Below, one piece after another: positions 44,451 through 54,827 of a DNA stretch of 64,000 bases. The stretch is from an uncultured Nitrososphaerales archaeon (lineage in GTDB: Archaea; Thermoproteota; Nitrososphaeria; Nitrososphaerales; Gagatemarchaeaceae). Where the stretch lies: contig OY970160.1 of NCBI GenBank assembly GCA_963706445.1, positions 1,696,001 to 1,760,000 on the forward strand, written 5' to 3'. Positions within the stretch are counted from its first letter, which is position 1; each line of letters starts with the position of its first letter. The notes below the pieces were generated by a model. That model made no database searches. It worked only from the letters and a program-made list of their open reading frames with translations, and was not told the origin of the DNA. The position numbers were made by a program, and so were the translations under genes.

Positions 44451-45059
44451 TTGGTCGTTGAGAGAGACAGACCAGTAGTAGCTGGCTTGAGGGTCCCTCT
44501 GGAAGCCTACCTGAGGATGGACGGAGCCAAGGTCTATTCGCTGGTGGCGGCAGTCCCGTTCTCCCCCATCGACATCGACCTCGACCGTCTGGCCCGAGGC
44601 GAATGGAACGCCCTGACGGATAGGTTCCGCCTCTGGTACCTTCCTAGCGAGGGTGAAGACGACGGCCACCCTGCCTGCTATGTGATGATACGGAAGTTCG
44701 ACGCCCAGGATGGGGTCCTCCTGTATGGGCATGTGGTGGTGAATCTCGAGCAGAAGATGGGGGCAGAGAATCCTATGAGTTTCACAGTCGGAATCATGAG
44801 CAACGATGAGATTCGGGCAAGGTCGATGCTCAACTCGATGCTAGAGATCCCGCCCTCCTTCCACAAGCGGAGTGAGGTCGGGCTCCTCGAGCACAGGTGG
44901 AGGAGCGACCCGGATGCGGTGATGCGGTTCTTGGCGAACATCCATTCGACCATGTCCCAGCAGCCCCCTGGCCCCGGCGGGAAAGTTTACACCCTGAAGT
45001 TCGAGCCGCCGCCGGGCATGATGGGAGAGCTCAAGCGGAACCTTGGTGCGTGGTGGTGA
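44451..45059 (+). CDS. Hypothetical protein
   Basis: 202-aa ORF filling the gap between pcna and priS on the opposite strand; no motif recognised; start uncertain. Confidence 0.65.
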   Translation: MVVERDRPVVAGLRVPLEAYLRMDGAKVYSLVAAVPFSPIDIDLDRLARGEWNALTDRFRLWYLPSEGEDDGHPACYVMIRKFDAQDGVLLYGHVVVNLEQKMGAENPMSFTVGIMSNDEIRARSMLNSMLEIPPSFHKRSEVGLLEHRWRSDPDAVMRFLANIHSTMSQQPPGPGGKVYTLKFEPPPGMMGELKRNLGAWW

Positions 45060-45074
45060 AGAAGCGGGATGATT

Positions 45075-45827
45075 TCAGTCAGACACGCGAGGAGCGAGGA
45101 AGTACCACATCTTCGCGCCCTGGTCGTTTAGCTTCAGTTGAAGTCTGAGAGGCTTCTTCGTCGAATACTCGATTTCGACAGTGTCGGCAACTCCCCCGAG
45201 GGCCTTCAGGATCCCAGAAACGTAGTCGATGGAGTAAGTTGCCTTGCTTTCGGCTGCTGACGTGAGCTCCAGCACGTCGGCGTCGTTCTTGGCCAATGAA
45301 ATCTCGGCTTTCCCTACATCGGATTTGCCCGAAAATGTGAGCTTGTCCTTGGTCGCCAGGATGGTGACCTGGTCTGAGACGACCGAAACATCACCGAGGA
45401 CCTTCTCCAGTATCGTCTTCGTCAAGGTCGCCTTCGTGTCAAATTCGAGCTTCGGCAGAGGAGCAGAAGCAGCCGTGCTCTCGATGAGGTGAATGTTGAA
45501 TTCGCGCTTATACCCATTGCTGAACTTCACCGCTATGCTGTCATCCTCTCCCGAGCTAATCTCCACAGAGTCCTTCGTGTCGGCGCGGTTGATGAGCTTC
45601 GTCAGATCCTCCACACGGACACTGAACTTGAACGGCTTGTCGCATTCGTAGGCCACCCAAGCCGAGACCGGCCAGGACAAATCAACGAGGGCGACGTGGG
45701 ACGGATCCATTGCTCGGAATGTGATGCCTTCAGAGTTGGCGTCGAAGGTGGCTTCTTCTACGAGCGTCTTGACCGCGGCGGCGACTGCCCGCCACTCGGT
45801 GGCTGTCGAGGTCTTGGCTATGAACAT
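45075..45827 (-). CDS. pcna: DNA polymerase sliding clamp PCNA
   Basis: RAMDPSHVALVDL, YFLAPRV. Confidence 0.97.
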   Translation of the reverse strand: MFIAKTSTATEWRAVAAAVKTLVEEATFDANSEGITFRAMDPSHVALVDLSWPVSAWVAYECDKPFKFSVRVEDLTKLINRADTKDSVEISSGEDDSIAVKFSNGYKREFNIHLIESTAASAPLPKLEFDTKATLTKTILEKVLGDVSVVSDQVTILATKDKLTFSGKSDVGKAEISLAKNDADVLELTSAAESKATYSIDYVSGILKALGGVADTVEIEYSTKKPLRLQLKLNDQGAKMWYFLAPRVSD

Positions 45828-45995
45828 GGAGATGCAGCTTCGTCGAGGCTCGTTGATTTCGGATAATAAGTATTGACTGGGAATTTGCCGAGCCCCCGAG
45901 GGCGGGATGGAACTGTTACTCCTTTCATGTATGAATTGGGCAGGCCAAGCTTAAATGCCTGAGCGAAACCGGGGCAAATCCCGTTCGGTGAGAAG

Positions 45996-46274
45996 ATGAA
46001 ATTCCCAAAGGAGATCCGCACTAACTGCCCCTGGTGCAATAAGCACACCATCCACTCTGTCGCCCTCTACAAGAAGGGCAAGGAGCGCGCTGGTTCCTGG
46101 GGTGCTAGGAGGCAGGCAGGAAGGAAGCGCGGATACGGCGGTCAGAAGTTCCCTGAACTAATCAGGACTGCAAAAACTACCAAAAAAGCAACTTTGAAAT
46201 TGAAATGCAAGGAGTGCAACCGGGAGATCATGAGGGATGGCATAAGGCTGAGGAAAGCGGAGATAGCGGCATGA
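45996..46274 (+). CDS. rpl44e: 50S ribosomal protein L44e
   Basis: MK.PK...T.CP.C..HT.H, GYGGQKFP, AKTTKK..L...C..C. Confidence 0.97.
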   Translation: MKFPKEIRTNCPWCNKHTIHSVALYKKGKERAGSWGARRQAGRKRGYGGQKFPELIRTAKTTKKATLKLKCKECNREIMRDGIRLRKAEIAA

Positions 46275-46468
46275 AGCGCGAGCGCGAGCCGATTCCGAAG
46301 ACAAGGAGCTCGTTCATCCTTGTCAAGTGCCCCGACTGCGGGGAGGAGAGAATCATATTCTCCAACTCTTCGAAGGACATAGGGTGTAGGGGGTGCGGCC
46401 GTACCCTCGCCGAAAGCAGGGGCGGCAAGTCCGTCGTCTTGGCGACGCTGGTCAAGAAGCTGGGCTAA
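46271..46468 (+). CDS. rps27e: 30S ribosomal protein S27e
   Basis: S.F..VKCPDCG....FS......C..CG..LA...GGK; start ATG 46271. Confidence 0.95.
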   Translation: MKREREPIPKTRSSFILVKCPDCGEERIIFSNSSKDIGCRGCGRTLAESRGGKSVVLATLVKKLG

Positions 46469-46499
46469 ACGCCAAATACCACGCTCGGGTGACGCAATC

Positions 46500-47303
46500 G
46501 TGATGAGTTCTGAGAACCCGCTCCCGGAATCCGGGGAGGTAGTCGTATGCACGGTCAGGGAGATAACCTCCCACGGCATCTACGTGAACCTCGATCAGTA
46601 CGACGGGACCAACGGCTTCCTGCACGTGTCAGAGATATCCACCGGCTGGGTCAGGAACATCGACAGGGTGGCGAAGGTGTCCCAGAAGCTGATCCTGAAG
46701 GTAATCAGGGTGAACAAGGCGAGGAGGGAGATCGACCTCTCTCTTAGGCAGGTCACCAATGAAGAGCGCAGGGCCAAGGTCATCGAATGGAAGAGGGAGG
46801 AGAGAGCGGTGGCCATCATGGACGCCGTGAAGAAGAAGCTGGGAGCCGACGACGCCCACGTGCGCGAGATAAGGCAAAAGCTGGAGGAGGAGTTCGGGAC
46901 CCTCTACGTGGCGCTTGAAATGGCGGCGAGGAAGGGAGAGAAGGGACTGGCGCCCCTCGGCCTCCCTGAGAAAGAAGCCAAGACCATAGCGGAGATCGCG
47001 GCAGAGAAGATCGTCCCCCCAAGATACGAGGTCGGAGCGCTGGTGGAAGTCTCCTCGAGGTCCCCCGAAGGGATAGAGCAGGTCAAGAAGACCCTGCTAG
47101 CCGCCGCAAACGCTCCATCTGCCGAGGTGCACATCACCTATGCGGGAGCTCCGAGATACAGGGTCCGGATAACAGCGGACGATTACAAGCAGGCCGAGAA
47201 GGCCCTGGATGGGGTCATAGAGAAAATCAAGGATGGGGTCGGCAAGCACGACGCGTTCAGCTTCAAGCGTGAGATATCGAGGAAGTACGGCGGGTCGTCG
47301 TGA
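46500..47303 (+). CDS. eif2a: Translation initiation factor 2 subunit alpha
   Basis: LPE.GE.V, LH.SE..TGWVRNI, IDLSL, GAPRY. Confidence 0.96.
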   Translation: MMSSENPLPESGEVVVCTVREITSHGIYVNLDQYDGTNGFLHVSEISTGWVRNIDRVAKVSQKLILKVIRVNKARREIDLSLRQVTNEERRAKVIEWKREERAVAIMDAVKKKLGADDAHVREIRQKLEEEFGTLYVALEMAARKGEKGLAPLGLPEKEAKTIAEIAAEKIVPPRYEVGALVEVSSRSPEGIEQVKKTLLAAANAPSAEVHITYAGAPRYRVRITADDYKQAEKALDGVIEKIKDGVGKHDAFSFKREISRKYGGSS

Positions 47304-47467
47304 AGGCCCTGATGCTGAAGTGTACCCAGTGCGGGAGGTACACCCTGTCTGAAAAGTGCCCCAGCTGCGGAGGGAGAGCCGTCACAGTCCATCCTGCCAG
47401 GTATTCGCCTGATGACAGGTATGCGAGGTATCGCAGCCCGATGGCTTATGAACCCGAAGTTGGGTAA
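47300..47467 (+). CDS. nop10: H/ACA RNP protein Nop10
   Basis: Not in track. Manual translation MKALMLKCTQCGRYTLSEKCPSCGG...HPARYSPDDRYARYR; canonical position after aIF2-alpha. Confidence 0.95.
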   Translation: MKALMLKCTQCGRYTLSEKCPSCGGRAVTVHPARYSPDDRYARYRSPMAYEPEVG

Positions 47468-49878
47468 ACCAGCTGGTACAGCAGTATCGTATTGAAGCAC
47501 TGAAGCTGCGAGTTGCCTGGGCAGGGCGAGTTCCCGTTCTCCGCCGCCGCCAGGCTGGGGGACACATAGGCGAGCCTGAAGGGCCCGGTGCTATTCGTCG
47601 GGAAGTTGTAGCTGCTTGGGTATGTGAACGCCTCAATGGGCGGAGCGCCGTTGCTCCCGAAAGTGTACTGGCTCGCGAATTGTATCGATGCCTGGGAAGT
47701 CGAGGTGGCCTGGTATGAGTACAGGTACCCGGCAAGCTGGAACGGAAGCAACTGGCCGAAGAGGCTGTTCGTCATGGCGTAGGGCGTCAGGTTGAAGTCG
47801 TCGGCACTCTGGCACGCCTGGCCTGCTGAAGTCAGCTCGTTGGGGGTCGTGCCTGGGCACTCCAGGTACTTCGATTCGGTAAGGTTCCCGATGCGAATGA
47901 ACCACTGCTTCTTGCTTTCATCCCCTCCGCCAGCTGTGAAGCCGTTCCCACTCGGCACCTGGAGTATGTAGTATGGTGTGGTGCTTCCGGTGGTCTGGTC
48001 TGTGAGTGGGAACACGCTCCCTGTGATGAATATCGCGACGTATACGGGCCTCCCGTTGCCGATGCTGGCCGCCATGGCGGCCGACTGTGTGACGTTGGAC
48101 ATCAGGAGCTGCCCGACCTGGGCTATTCTCGTGCTGTTCAGGGTCGCGTTGTCGACTATCGTCGTCCTGTTGCCGAGCACGGTGAACCAGTACCCGTAGT
48201 CCCACCATGAGATAATGATCGAATTAGTCGGGGTGTTCGTGCGCACCCATGACAGCGTCTGAATCCAGTCGTTGAAGGCAGAGCGTGAATACACTGTGGC
48301 ACCGTTCACGATGCTGACCCCGGTGTCGGCAGGGCTGTTATTGCAGAACAACTGTCCCGCGTATGTGCACTGAATCGGGTTGGGGATCCAATAGGATCCA
48401 GCTGGCAGAACGACCAGGGCGATGACGGCGATGGAGATGACGACCTTCATTTCGTTGCGTGAGGTAGGAGCCTGCTTCTTCTTTACCAGGGAGGTGCTGC
48501 TGGGCTTCACTATGGCATAGGCGAGCTCAGCAAACCCGATGCCCCCCAGGATCCCCAATGCAATGGAGGAGTAGACGAGCAGACGGGAGAACGCCGCGGA
48601 GAAGTATAGACCAGTTATCCCGAAGACGAGGGCATAGATCATGGGGATCCCCCGCCGCCTGAAGGCGACTAGGGCACCGGCCATGCCGAAGAAGAGCAAT
48701 ATCGCGTAGGACGTGAAGTAGTCGGCCCCGGTGGGGACGGCCTGCTCGGCCACGGACTGGACGAGGGCGTTGCTCACACGGGCCCATGGAGCTATGACGG
48801 TCAGGTACCTGAGTGTCAGGCCGCCGACGAAGCCGAAGCTGAGGAGGGCGAGCCCGGCGAGGGCGAAGCCGAACAGGAACTTGTAGAGCGTGGACCTATA
48901 CTCGGTGGGTTTCGTCCACGTCTTCGCCCACTGCGCCACCAGCAAGAAGATGGTACCGCCGAGGAGGACGAGGCCTACTGGGTTCGTTACTATGGCTACC
49001 CCGGGCCTTGGGAAGACGGCACTCACGAATAGCGTAGATGCGGTGAACAAGATTATCGCCGGAGAGAGGCTGGCGAGATCCAAGTTCAGGAACGGAATCA
49101 ACACGAAAATGAGGCCGAAGGCTGCGCTGAAGTAATCTCCCCCTCCCCATGCGGTGTTGGCGTAGCCAATCAGGACCCCTCCGAGCAAGCCGCGGATCGC
49201 TCGGCTGCGGAACGTCCTCTCCTTGTCGAAGACGGTGAGCACAAGATAGCTTGCGGTGACGAACAGGAGGATCGCGAGAGGCTCGGACTTGAACCACCCC
49301 AGGTTGCCTCTCTCAATCAGCGGCGGAGAGACGGCGAACATCAAAGCGGCGAAGAGCCCCGCCGCGTCCCCTGCTATCTTCCTGACCAGGAAGTAGAAAA
49401 CGACCGCGGTTACTGCGCCTAGGAAGACCGGGAGGATTACGAGCCAGTCATACAAGGTGATCTGCACCCCGAACACGTCGTGGACGAGCAGGTACGTGAA
49501 GGCCCCCGCGATTTGGAGCCCTCCCTGGGATGTGGCGGCCACGTCGCGGCCCACAGGGAACCAGGTGTTGATGTCGTGCCAGTAGAAGTACCCTTGCAGG
49601 TTGTGACAGGCGGTGTACACCGCGGGCCCGCAGTTGGGCGGGTTAGCGAAGAGCGCGGCGTAGAGCCCCTGGGACTGGGCCAGGTTCACTATGTGCTGGG
49701 CGGCGTAGTAGTCGTAGTAGGGGTCGAACTCGTTGAGGTAGAACCCGTACTTGGCCGCGTAGGCCCTCATGAGGACGGCTATAGTGAACACTATGGAGAG
49801 CATCATGGTGGCCATGAGTGCCCTGCGCGATACGGCCGGCCTCCGTATGGAGGACCTTATGGAGTCCAGTAGCCCCAA
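47446..49878 (-). CDS. aglB: Oligosaccharyltransferase AglB (STT3 family)
   Basis: EFDPYY, SVAEQ, SWWDYGYW, DNAT, DESK; many TM helices. Confidence 0.95.
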   Translation of the reverse strand: MGLLDSIRSSIRRPAVSRRALMATMMLSIVFTIAVLMRAYAAKYGFYLNEFDPYYDYYAAQHIVNLAQSQGLYAALFANPPNCGPAVYTACHNLQGYFYWHDINTWFPVGRDVAATSQGGLQIAGAFTYLLVHDVFGVQITLYDWLVILPVFLGAVTAVVFYFLVRKIAGDAAGLFAALMFAVSPPLIERGNLGWFKSEPLAILLFVTASYLVLTVFDKERTFRSRAIRGLLGGVLIGYANTAWGGGDYFSAAFGLIFVLIPFLNLDLASLSPAIILFTASTLFVSAVFPRPGVAIVTNPVGLVLLGGTIFLLVAQWAKTWTKPTEYRSTLYKFLFGFALAGLALLSFGFVGGLTLRYLTVIAPWARVSNALVQSVAEQAVPTGADYFTSYAILLFFGMAGALVAFRRRGIPMIYALVFGITGLYFSAAFSRLLVYSSIALGILGGIGFAELAYAIVKPSSTSLVKKKQAPTSRNEMKVVISIAVIALVVLPAGSYWIPNPIQCTYAGQLFCNNSPADTGVSIVNGATVYSRSAFNDWIQTLSWVRTNTPTNSIIISWWDYGYWFTVLGNRTTIVDNATLNSTRIAQVGQLLMSNVTQSAAMAASIGNGRPVYVAIFITGSVFPLTDQTTGSTTPYYILQVPSGNGFTAGGGDESKKQWFIRIGNLTESKYLECPGTTPNELTSAGQACQSADDFNLTPYAMTNSLFGQLLPFQLAGYLYSYQATSTSQASIQFASQYTFGSNGAPPIEAFTYPSSYNFPTNSTGPFRLAYVSPSLAAAENGNSPCPGNSQLQCFNTILLYQLVYPTSGS

Positions 49879-49924
49879 ATCTAGATGGCGAGTCTCGTCG
49901 GCCTATTTTAAGCGTGCTTTTTCG

Positions 49925-50335
49925 CTACTGTTTCAAGACAGATTCGATGTGGGCCGCGTACGCTTTGGCATCTAGCAGTGATTTCTTCTCTGAGGCGTAA
50001 TCGGTCGGCTTGACCTCCACGAGCCACCCTTCGCCGTAAGGGGACTTGTTGACGAGTTCGGGGTGTGAGTCCAACTGGGCGTTGACCTTGGTTACCGTCC
50101 CCGAAACTGGCGAGTAGATCTCGGATACGGCTTTTATCGATTCGACTGTCCCCATGGATTTCATCTGCTGGACGCTCGCGTTAGTCTTGGGAGACGTGAC
50201 GTAGACGACGTCGTTCAGGGTCTTGGCCGCGTAGTCGGTTATCCCTACCCTGACGGTGCCGCCCTCCTCCTTGGCCCATTCGTGCTCCTTGGTATACAAC
50301 AGGTCCTCTGGAATGTGGTACCCCTGGATTTCCAT
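49925..50335 (-). CDS. gcvH: Glycine cleavage system H protein
   Basis: YTKEHEW, VGITDYA, VESIKA (lipoyl Lys), PYGEGW. Confidence 0.96.
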   Translation of the reverse strand: MEIQGYHIPEDLLYTKEHEWAKEEGGTVRVGITDYAAKTLNDVVYVTSPKTNASVQQMKSMGTVESIKAVSEIYSPVSGTVTKVNAQLDSHPELVNKSPYGEGWLVEVKPTDYASEKKSLLDAKAYAAHIESVLKQ

Positions 50336-50361
50336 TGGCGCGTCGCCCCCCTACGGACTAA

Positions 50362-51471
50362 TTACCTCTTCTGCCTCTTCCATCCGAATAGCTGCTCGTC
50401 GTAGAACGGGGGCTTCGATATGGTGCCCCCCTGCTGGGCCTCTCTGACCTTCACGCTAACCCGGGTGCCGAACTCCGAGCTTTCGGCGCTGATGCGGCAC
50501 AGTGCGATTCCTTTCCTGGTTATCGGGGAGAAGGTGCCGCTGGTTACCTCCCCGACGGACCCTGCTGGGCCATCGACTCCAAATCCATGCCTGGGTATCC
50601 CGGAGTCGAGGACGAGTCCTTTTCTGATTGTCCGCGGGCGCTGGACCTCGGGGTTCGCCAGGGCTTCGGAGCCGACGAAGCCTGTCTTGCCTGCGGAGAT
50701 GACCCAGGCGAGGTCGGCCTCGTAGGGGTCGGTGCTCTGGTCGATGTCTGACCCGTGCAAGGGGAAACCCGCTTCTAGCCTCAGGGAATCCCTCGCCCCT
50801 AGGCCGCAGGGAGCCGATGTTTCCGCCAGTTTCTCCCAGACCTTCACGGCCCCCTCGGGGCGGTCGTTGGTAGCCTGGTACACTATGACTTCGAAGCCGT
50901 CCTCCCCAGTGTACCCCGTCCGCGAAATCAGAGCGTGCTCCCCCGCGACCGTGGTCTCGGCGCACCTGAATCGCTTGAGCTGGCTCAGGTCAAGCTGGGT
51001 GAGAGTCTGTAGGGAGTCCTGAGCCCTGGGGCCCTGGACTGCTATCATGGCAGAACTGGGGGTGTGGTCTTCGATGTCGAGCCCATTCGGGGCGCGGGAG
51101 GCCATGTGGTTCATATCTGTCTGGGCGTTGGCTGCGTTCACGACCACCATGTACCTGTCCTCGGCCAACTTCTCAATGATCAGGTCGTCTATTATTCCTC
51201 CGCGGTCGTTGAGCAGGAGCGTGTAGAACGCCTTGGATAGCGGCTGGGACTGGACGTTGGTCGGGACGAGAGACTCGAGGAAACCAGATGCCTTGCCCCC
51301 CTTGACGGCGAACCTCCCCATGTGCGACACGTCGAATATCCCAGAAGCGTTCCTGACCGCGAGATGCTCTTCGACCGTGCTGGTGTACCAGAGAGGCATC
51401 TCGAATCCTGCGAACTCCGTGAGCTTGGAGTGCTTCGCGTGATAGTCGTGCAGCTGTGTCGTCCTCAACAT
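50362..51471 (-). CDS. gcvT: Glycine cleavage system aminomethyltransferase
   Basis: FAG.EMP..Y, EH.AVR...G.FDVSHMG, RTGYTGEDGFE, GLGARDSLRLEAG. Confidence 0.96.
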   Translation of the reverse strand: MLRTTQLHDYHAKHSKLTEFAGFEMPLWYTSTVEEHLAVRNASGIFDVSHMGRFAVKGGKASGFLESLVPTNVQSQPLSKAFYTLLLNDRGGIIDDLIIEKLAEDRYMVVVNAANAQTDMNHMASRAPNGLDIEDHTPSSAMIAVQGPRAQDSLQTLTQLDLSQLKRFRCAETTVAGEHALISRTGYTGEDGFEVIVYQATNDRPEGAVKVWEKLAETSAPCGLGARDSLRLEAGFPLHGSDIDQSTDPYEADLAWVISAGKTGFVGSEALANPEVQRPRTIRKGLVLDSGIPRHGFGVDGPAGSVGEVTSGTFSPITRKGIALCRISAESSEFGTRVSVKVREAQQGGTISKPPFYDEQLFGWKRQKR

Positions 51472-51512
51472 ATTATCGAGCGACGGCTGACTCTATTTAA
51501 GAGAGCAACGAC

Positions 51513-52295
51513 TTGGCTGAAGAATTGCTCATCCTCAGACCTATCCGGGTCCGCCCCAAGGATTCGGAGTTCGATGTGGTTGTGTTCATCGACGACCGGG
51601 TCGGAGGAGACCTGAAGGACGGGGACGTTCTTGTGATTTCGAGCAAGTTCCTCGCTGTCTCGGAGGGACGGGTGGTGAAGCTGAGCACCGTCCATGCTGG
51701 GGCGATGGCCATGGAGCTGGGACAAAGATATCGGATGGACCCAAGGTTATGCGAGCTCGTCCTTCGCGAGTCGGACGAACTCGTCGGAGGGATCCCGGGT
51801 TTCATACTGGGGACCAAGGACGGCCTGCTCACCCCCAACGCAGGCATCGACAAGTCGAACGTCAGGCATGGCAACGTAGTGCTCTACCCCCGGAGGCCGG
51901 AGGTCTCGGCGTGGAGGATCAGGGAAGCGCTCAGGTTCTCGAGGGGGGTGTCCGTGGGGGTGGTGGTCTGCGACAGCAGGCTCTCCCCCACGCGGCGGGG
52001 GACGACTGGCGTGGCCGTCGCGGCGTCAGGCATCGAGGCGGTCCTCGATATGCGGGGGCGCGCAGACCTCTTTGGAAATGTGCTCAAGGTGACGTCACAG
52101 GCTGTTGCAGACGACCTCAGCTCGGCTGCCGAGATTCTGATGGGGGAATCGGATGAAGCCACCCCCGTGGTCTTGGCAAGGGGACTTGACAGAGCTCTGA
52201 TGAAGGACGTGGAATATCCAGGCAAGAGGTTTGCGATTCCGTTGGGCGAGGACGTCTACCATCGGAGCCTTGGCGGCTCCGGGCGGATTGCGTAA
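51513..52295 (+). CDS. cofE: Coenzyme F420-0:L-glutamate ligase
   Basis: DGDVLVISSK...EGR, NAGIDKSN, DS...P.R.G..GVA, D.RG..DLFG..L.VT..AVAD, GE.DE..P. Confidence 0.92.
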   Translation: MAEELLILRPIRVRPKDSEFDVVVFIDDRVGGDLKDGDVLVISSKFLAVSEGRVVKLSTVHAGAMAMELGQRYRMDPRLCELVLRESDELVGGIPGFILGTKDGLLTPNAGIDKSNVRHGNVVLYPRRPEVSAWRIREALRFSRGVSVGVVVCDSRLSPTRRGTTGVAVAASGIEAVLDMRGRADLFGNVLKVTSQAVADDLSSAAEILMGESDEATPVVLARGLDRALMKDVEYPGKRFAIPLGEDVYHRSLGGSGRIA

Positions 52296-52337
52296 CCCTG
52301 CATATGCCTAAATCCAAGCTCCCGGGCAGGGACGAGG

Positions 52338-52514
52338 TTGACCTACGAAATCGTTTGCTCATCGTGCGGAACTCCGCTCTACTCCGGGTTCGACCTGAGG
52401 TCCCCCGGAGACGTGCTCAAGGCCGCAGATTACAAATGCAGGAAATGCGGTGAGAAGCTGTCCCCCAACAAGTTTCAGGTGGAGGTCAGAAAGATAGACG
52501 GCTCATTTTCCTGA
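52338..52514 (+). CDS. Small double-CxxC zinc-ribbon protein (58 aa)
   Basis: Not in track. Manual translation from TTG after GAGG: MTYEIVCSSCGTPLY...YKCRKCGEKL. Confidence 0.8.
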   Translation: MTYEIVCSSCGTPLYSGFDLRSPGDVLKAADYKCRKCGEKLSPNKFQVEVRKIDGSFS

Positions 52515-52562
52515 GATAGGCTAAAGTCCCCGTAGGTTTCCGGATTCGAGGTCGTGGTTAGA

Positions 52563-54623
52563 ATGAGCCGTGGGTACACACTGGTCATCTGCGAGAAGCC
52601 TGACGCTGCCAGGAGGGTTTCTGACGCCCTTTCCGGCGGTTCCTCCCGGAACGAGCAGTTGGACGGGACGACTGTCTTCAGGTTCAGCAGGAAGGGGGAG
52701 GAGTACGTAGTCTGCTCGGCCCAGGGGCATGTGTATGGAGTGTCAGACCCAACGGACGAGAGGTCGGTCTATCCAGTGTTCGACGTCGAATGGTACTCGT
52801 CTGACCTGTTGGACGAAGACAGCGCCAACGCTGCGCGGAGGATTTCAGCCATCAAGAAACTCTCCTCTGAGGCTTCCAAATTCGTCAACGCCTGCGACTT
52901 CGACGTCGAAGGGGAGACCATCGGGTTCAATCTCCTCAGGTATGCCTGCGGGGGAAAGGAGAAGGATGCGCTCAGGGCGAGGTTCTCCACTTTGACCGAA
53001 GAAGATCTGGTCAAGGCGTTCGACGAACTCAGGCCCCTTCAGGGCCAAGGGTTCGCACGGGCGGGACGTGCGAGGCATGCCATCGACTTCGTCTGGGGGG
53101 TGAACCTTACGCGGGCGCTTTCGCAATCGGCGCTAGGTTCGGGGCATAGATACCAGACGGTCAGCGTGGGCCGGGTGCAGGGGCCGACCCTAGGTTTCCT
53201 TGTCCAGAGGGAACGGGAGAGCCGGGAGTTCGTCCCTGTCCCCCACTGGAAGGTCTCCGGGGTCTTCGAGAGGGATGGAAAGAAATTCACCGCTGCCTAC
53301 GTGGATGACAGAGTCGAGACCAAGGCCGTAGCAGATGCCATCCGCACAGAATGTGTGGGCCGGGAGGCGGTGGCCGACGCGGTGCGGAAGAGTTCCGTCC
53401 AGGTCGGATCCCCGGTACCTTTCAACATCGGCGACCTCCAGAAGGAGGCCTACAGGCAGTTTGGGTACACGCCGAGCAGGACCCTGCAGATCGCTGAAAG
53501 GCTCTATCTTTCCGCGCTCATATCGTACCCCCGCACGGGGAGCCAGAGGCTGCCGCCGTCAATAGGGTACTCGAAGATCCTGCAGAACCTAGGAGGGATC
53601 CCAGAGTACTCGGCCCTGGTCCCGGAGCTCCTGAGGGGTCAGCCCAAGCCGGTCCAAGGACCAAAGGAAGACGCCGCGCACCCCGCCATCCATCCCACGG
53701 GGGAGAGACCGAAGCGCGCCCTCGACGCTTCCGAGGCCTCGGTGTTCGACCTCGTGGCGAGGAGGTTCCTGGCCGCCTTCGGGCCTTCGGCGCGCAGGGA
53801 ATTGGCCGAAGTCTCGTTATCAGTGGGAGGGCGCGGGTTCAGGCTCTCGGGGGGACGGACGGTCTTCCCAGGATGGATGAAGTTCTATGGGAAGTACGCG
53901 GGGTACAGGGACGTCGAACTACTGCCCATCGCTCGGGGGGACCGGTTCCGGGTGGTTGATGTGCCGGTGGAAGAGAGGTTCGAACAGAGGCCACCGAAGT
54001 ACAACCAGAGCAGCCTCCTTGAGAAGATGGAAAAAGAAGGCATCGGGACCAAGGCGACCCGGGCCGAGATAATCTCCACCCTGGTGGGACGAGGTTACGT
54101 CGCGGGGGAGAGCATGGAGGTGACGGATCTGGGGCTTTCGGTGGTCGAAACCATGGGGAAATACGCACCTTCGATCATTAGCACCGGGCTGACGAAGAAC
54201 ATCGAAGAGAAACTGGAGGCCGTCGAAGGAGGGGCCGAGGGAGAGGCTGCTCTCCTAAGGGAGACCGTCAGGTCGATAGCGGACCAGGTAGGAGAGCTGA
54301 GCGCCAACGAGGAGGCGGTGGGGAAGGAGATTGACTCCGCCCTGATGAGCACCGCGGCCAGGTCGTTCGTCCTCGGCCGGTGCCCCGTCTGCAAGACAGG
54401 CGAGCTCAGGATCATCAGGTCGAAGACGACCAAGAAGCGGTTCGTGGGCTGTTCGAACTATCCGACGGGGTGCCGGGCCTCGGCACCTCTCCCCCAGAAA
54501 GGCACCGTCAAACCGACGAATAGGGCCTGCGAGCACTGTTCGTGGCCTGTCGTCTATGTCGTGGGGGGAAGGCGTCCATGGAAGCTGTGTGTGAATCCAG
54601 AGTGCCCGGGGAAGAAGAAATGA
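52563..54623 (+). CDS. topA: DNA topoisomerase type IA with C-terminal Zn ribbons
   Basis: CEKP, GH, CDFD.EGE.IG, GRVQ.P, LISYPRT (catalytic Tyr), AHPAI.PT, GIGT.ATR, CPVC, FVGCSNYP. Confidence 0.96.
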   Translation: MSRGYTLVICEKPDAARRVSDALSGGSSRNEQLDGTTVFRFSRKGEEYVVCSAQGHVYGVSDPTDERSVYPVFDVEWYSSDLLDEDSANAARRISAIKKLSSEASKFVNACDFDVEGETIGFNLLRYACGGKEKDALRARFSTLTEEDLVKAFDELRPLQGQGFARAGRARHAIDFVWGVNLTRALSQSALGSGHRYQTVSVGRVQGPTLGFLVQRERESREFVPVPHWKVSGVFERDGKKFTAAYVDDRVETKAVADAIRTECVGREAVADAVRKSSVQVGSPVPFNIGDLQKEAYRQFGYTPSRTLQIAERLYLSALISYPRTGSQRLPPSIGYSKILQNLGGIPEYSALVPELLRGQPKPVQGPKEDAAHPAIHPTGERPKRALDASEASVFDLVARRFLAAFGPSARRELAEVSLSVGGRGFRLSGGRTVFPGWMKFYGKYAGYRDVELLPIARGDRFRVVDVPVEERFEQRPPKYNQSSLLEKMEKEGIGTKATRAEIISTLVGRGYVAGESMEVTDLGLSVVETMGKYAPSIISTGLTKNIEEKLEAVEGGAEGEAALLRETVRSIADQVGELSANEEAVGKEIDSALMSTAARSFVLGRCPVCKTGELRIIRSKTTKKRFVGCSNYPTGCRASAPLPQKGTVKPTNRACEHCSWPVVYVVGGRRPWKLCVNPECPGKKK

Positions 54624-54823
54624 AGTGCACCATATGCCGGAGGGAGGCGGTCGCTGACCTCTGTGCCTATCATACCGAAGCCCGGGAGAAGGTGAAGGGG
54701 GCCTATCCGGCGTGGGTGAAGGCCTATGGTAGGATCGAATGGGAAGACTATTTGGATAAGGTTAAGCGTAACGTTCAAACGGGCCAATGGGCAAAGGAGA
54801 TAGCCGAGCTTCTCAAAGGGTGA
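54620..54823 (+). CDS. Small Cys/His zinc-binding hypothetical protein
   Basis: ATG overlaps the topA stop; MKCTIC...LCAYH...W.KAYG...W..YL......TG.W. Confidence 0.8.
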   Translation: MKCTICRREAVADLCAYHTEAREKVKGAYPAWVKAYGRIEWEDYLDKVKRNVQTGQWAKEIAELLKG

Positions 54824-54827
54824 TTAG

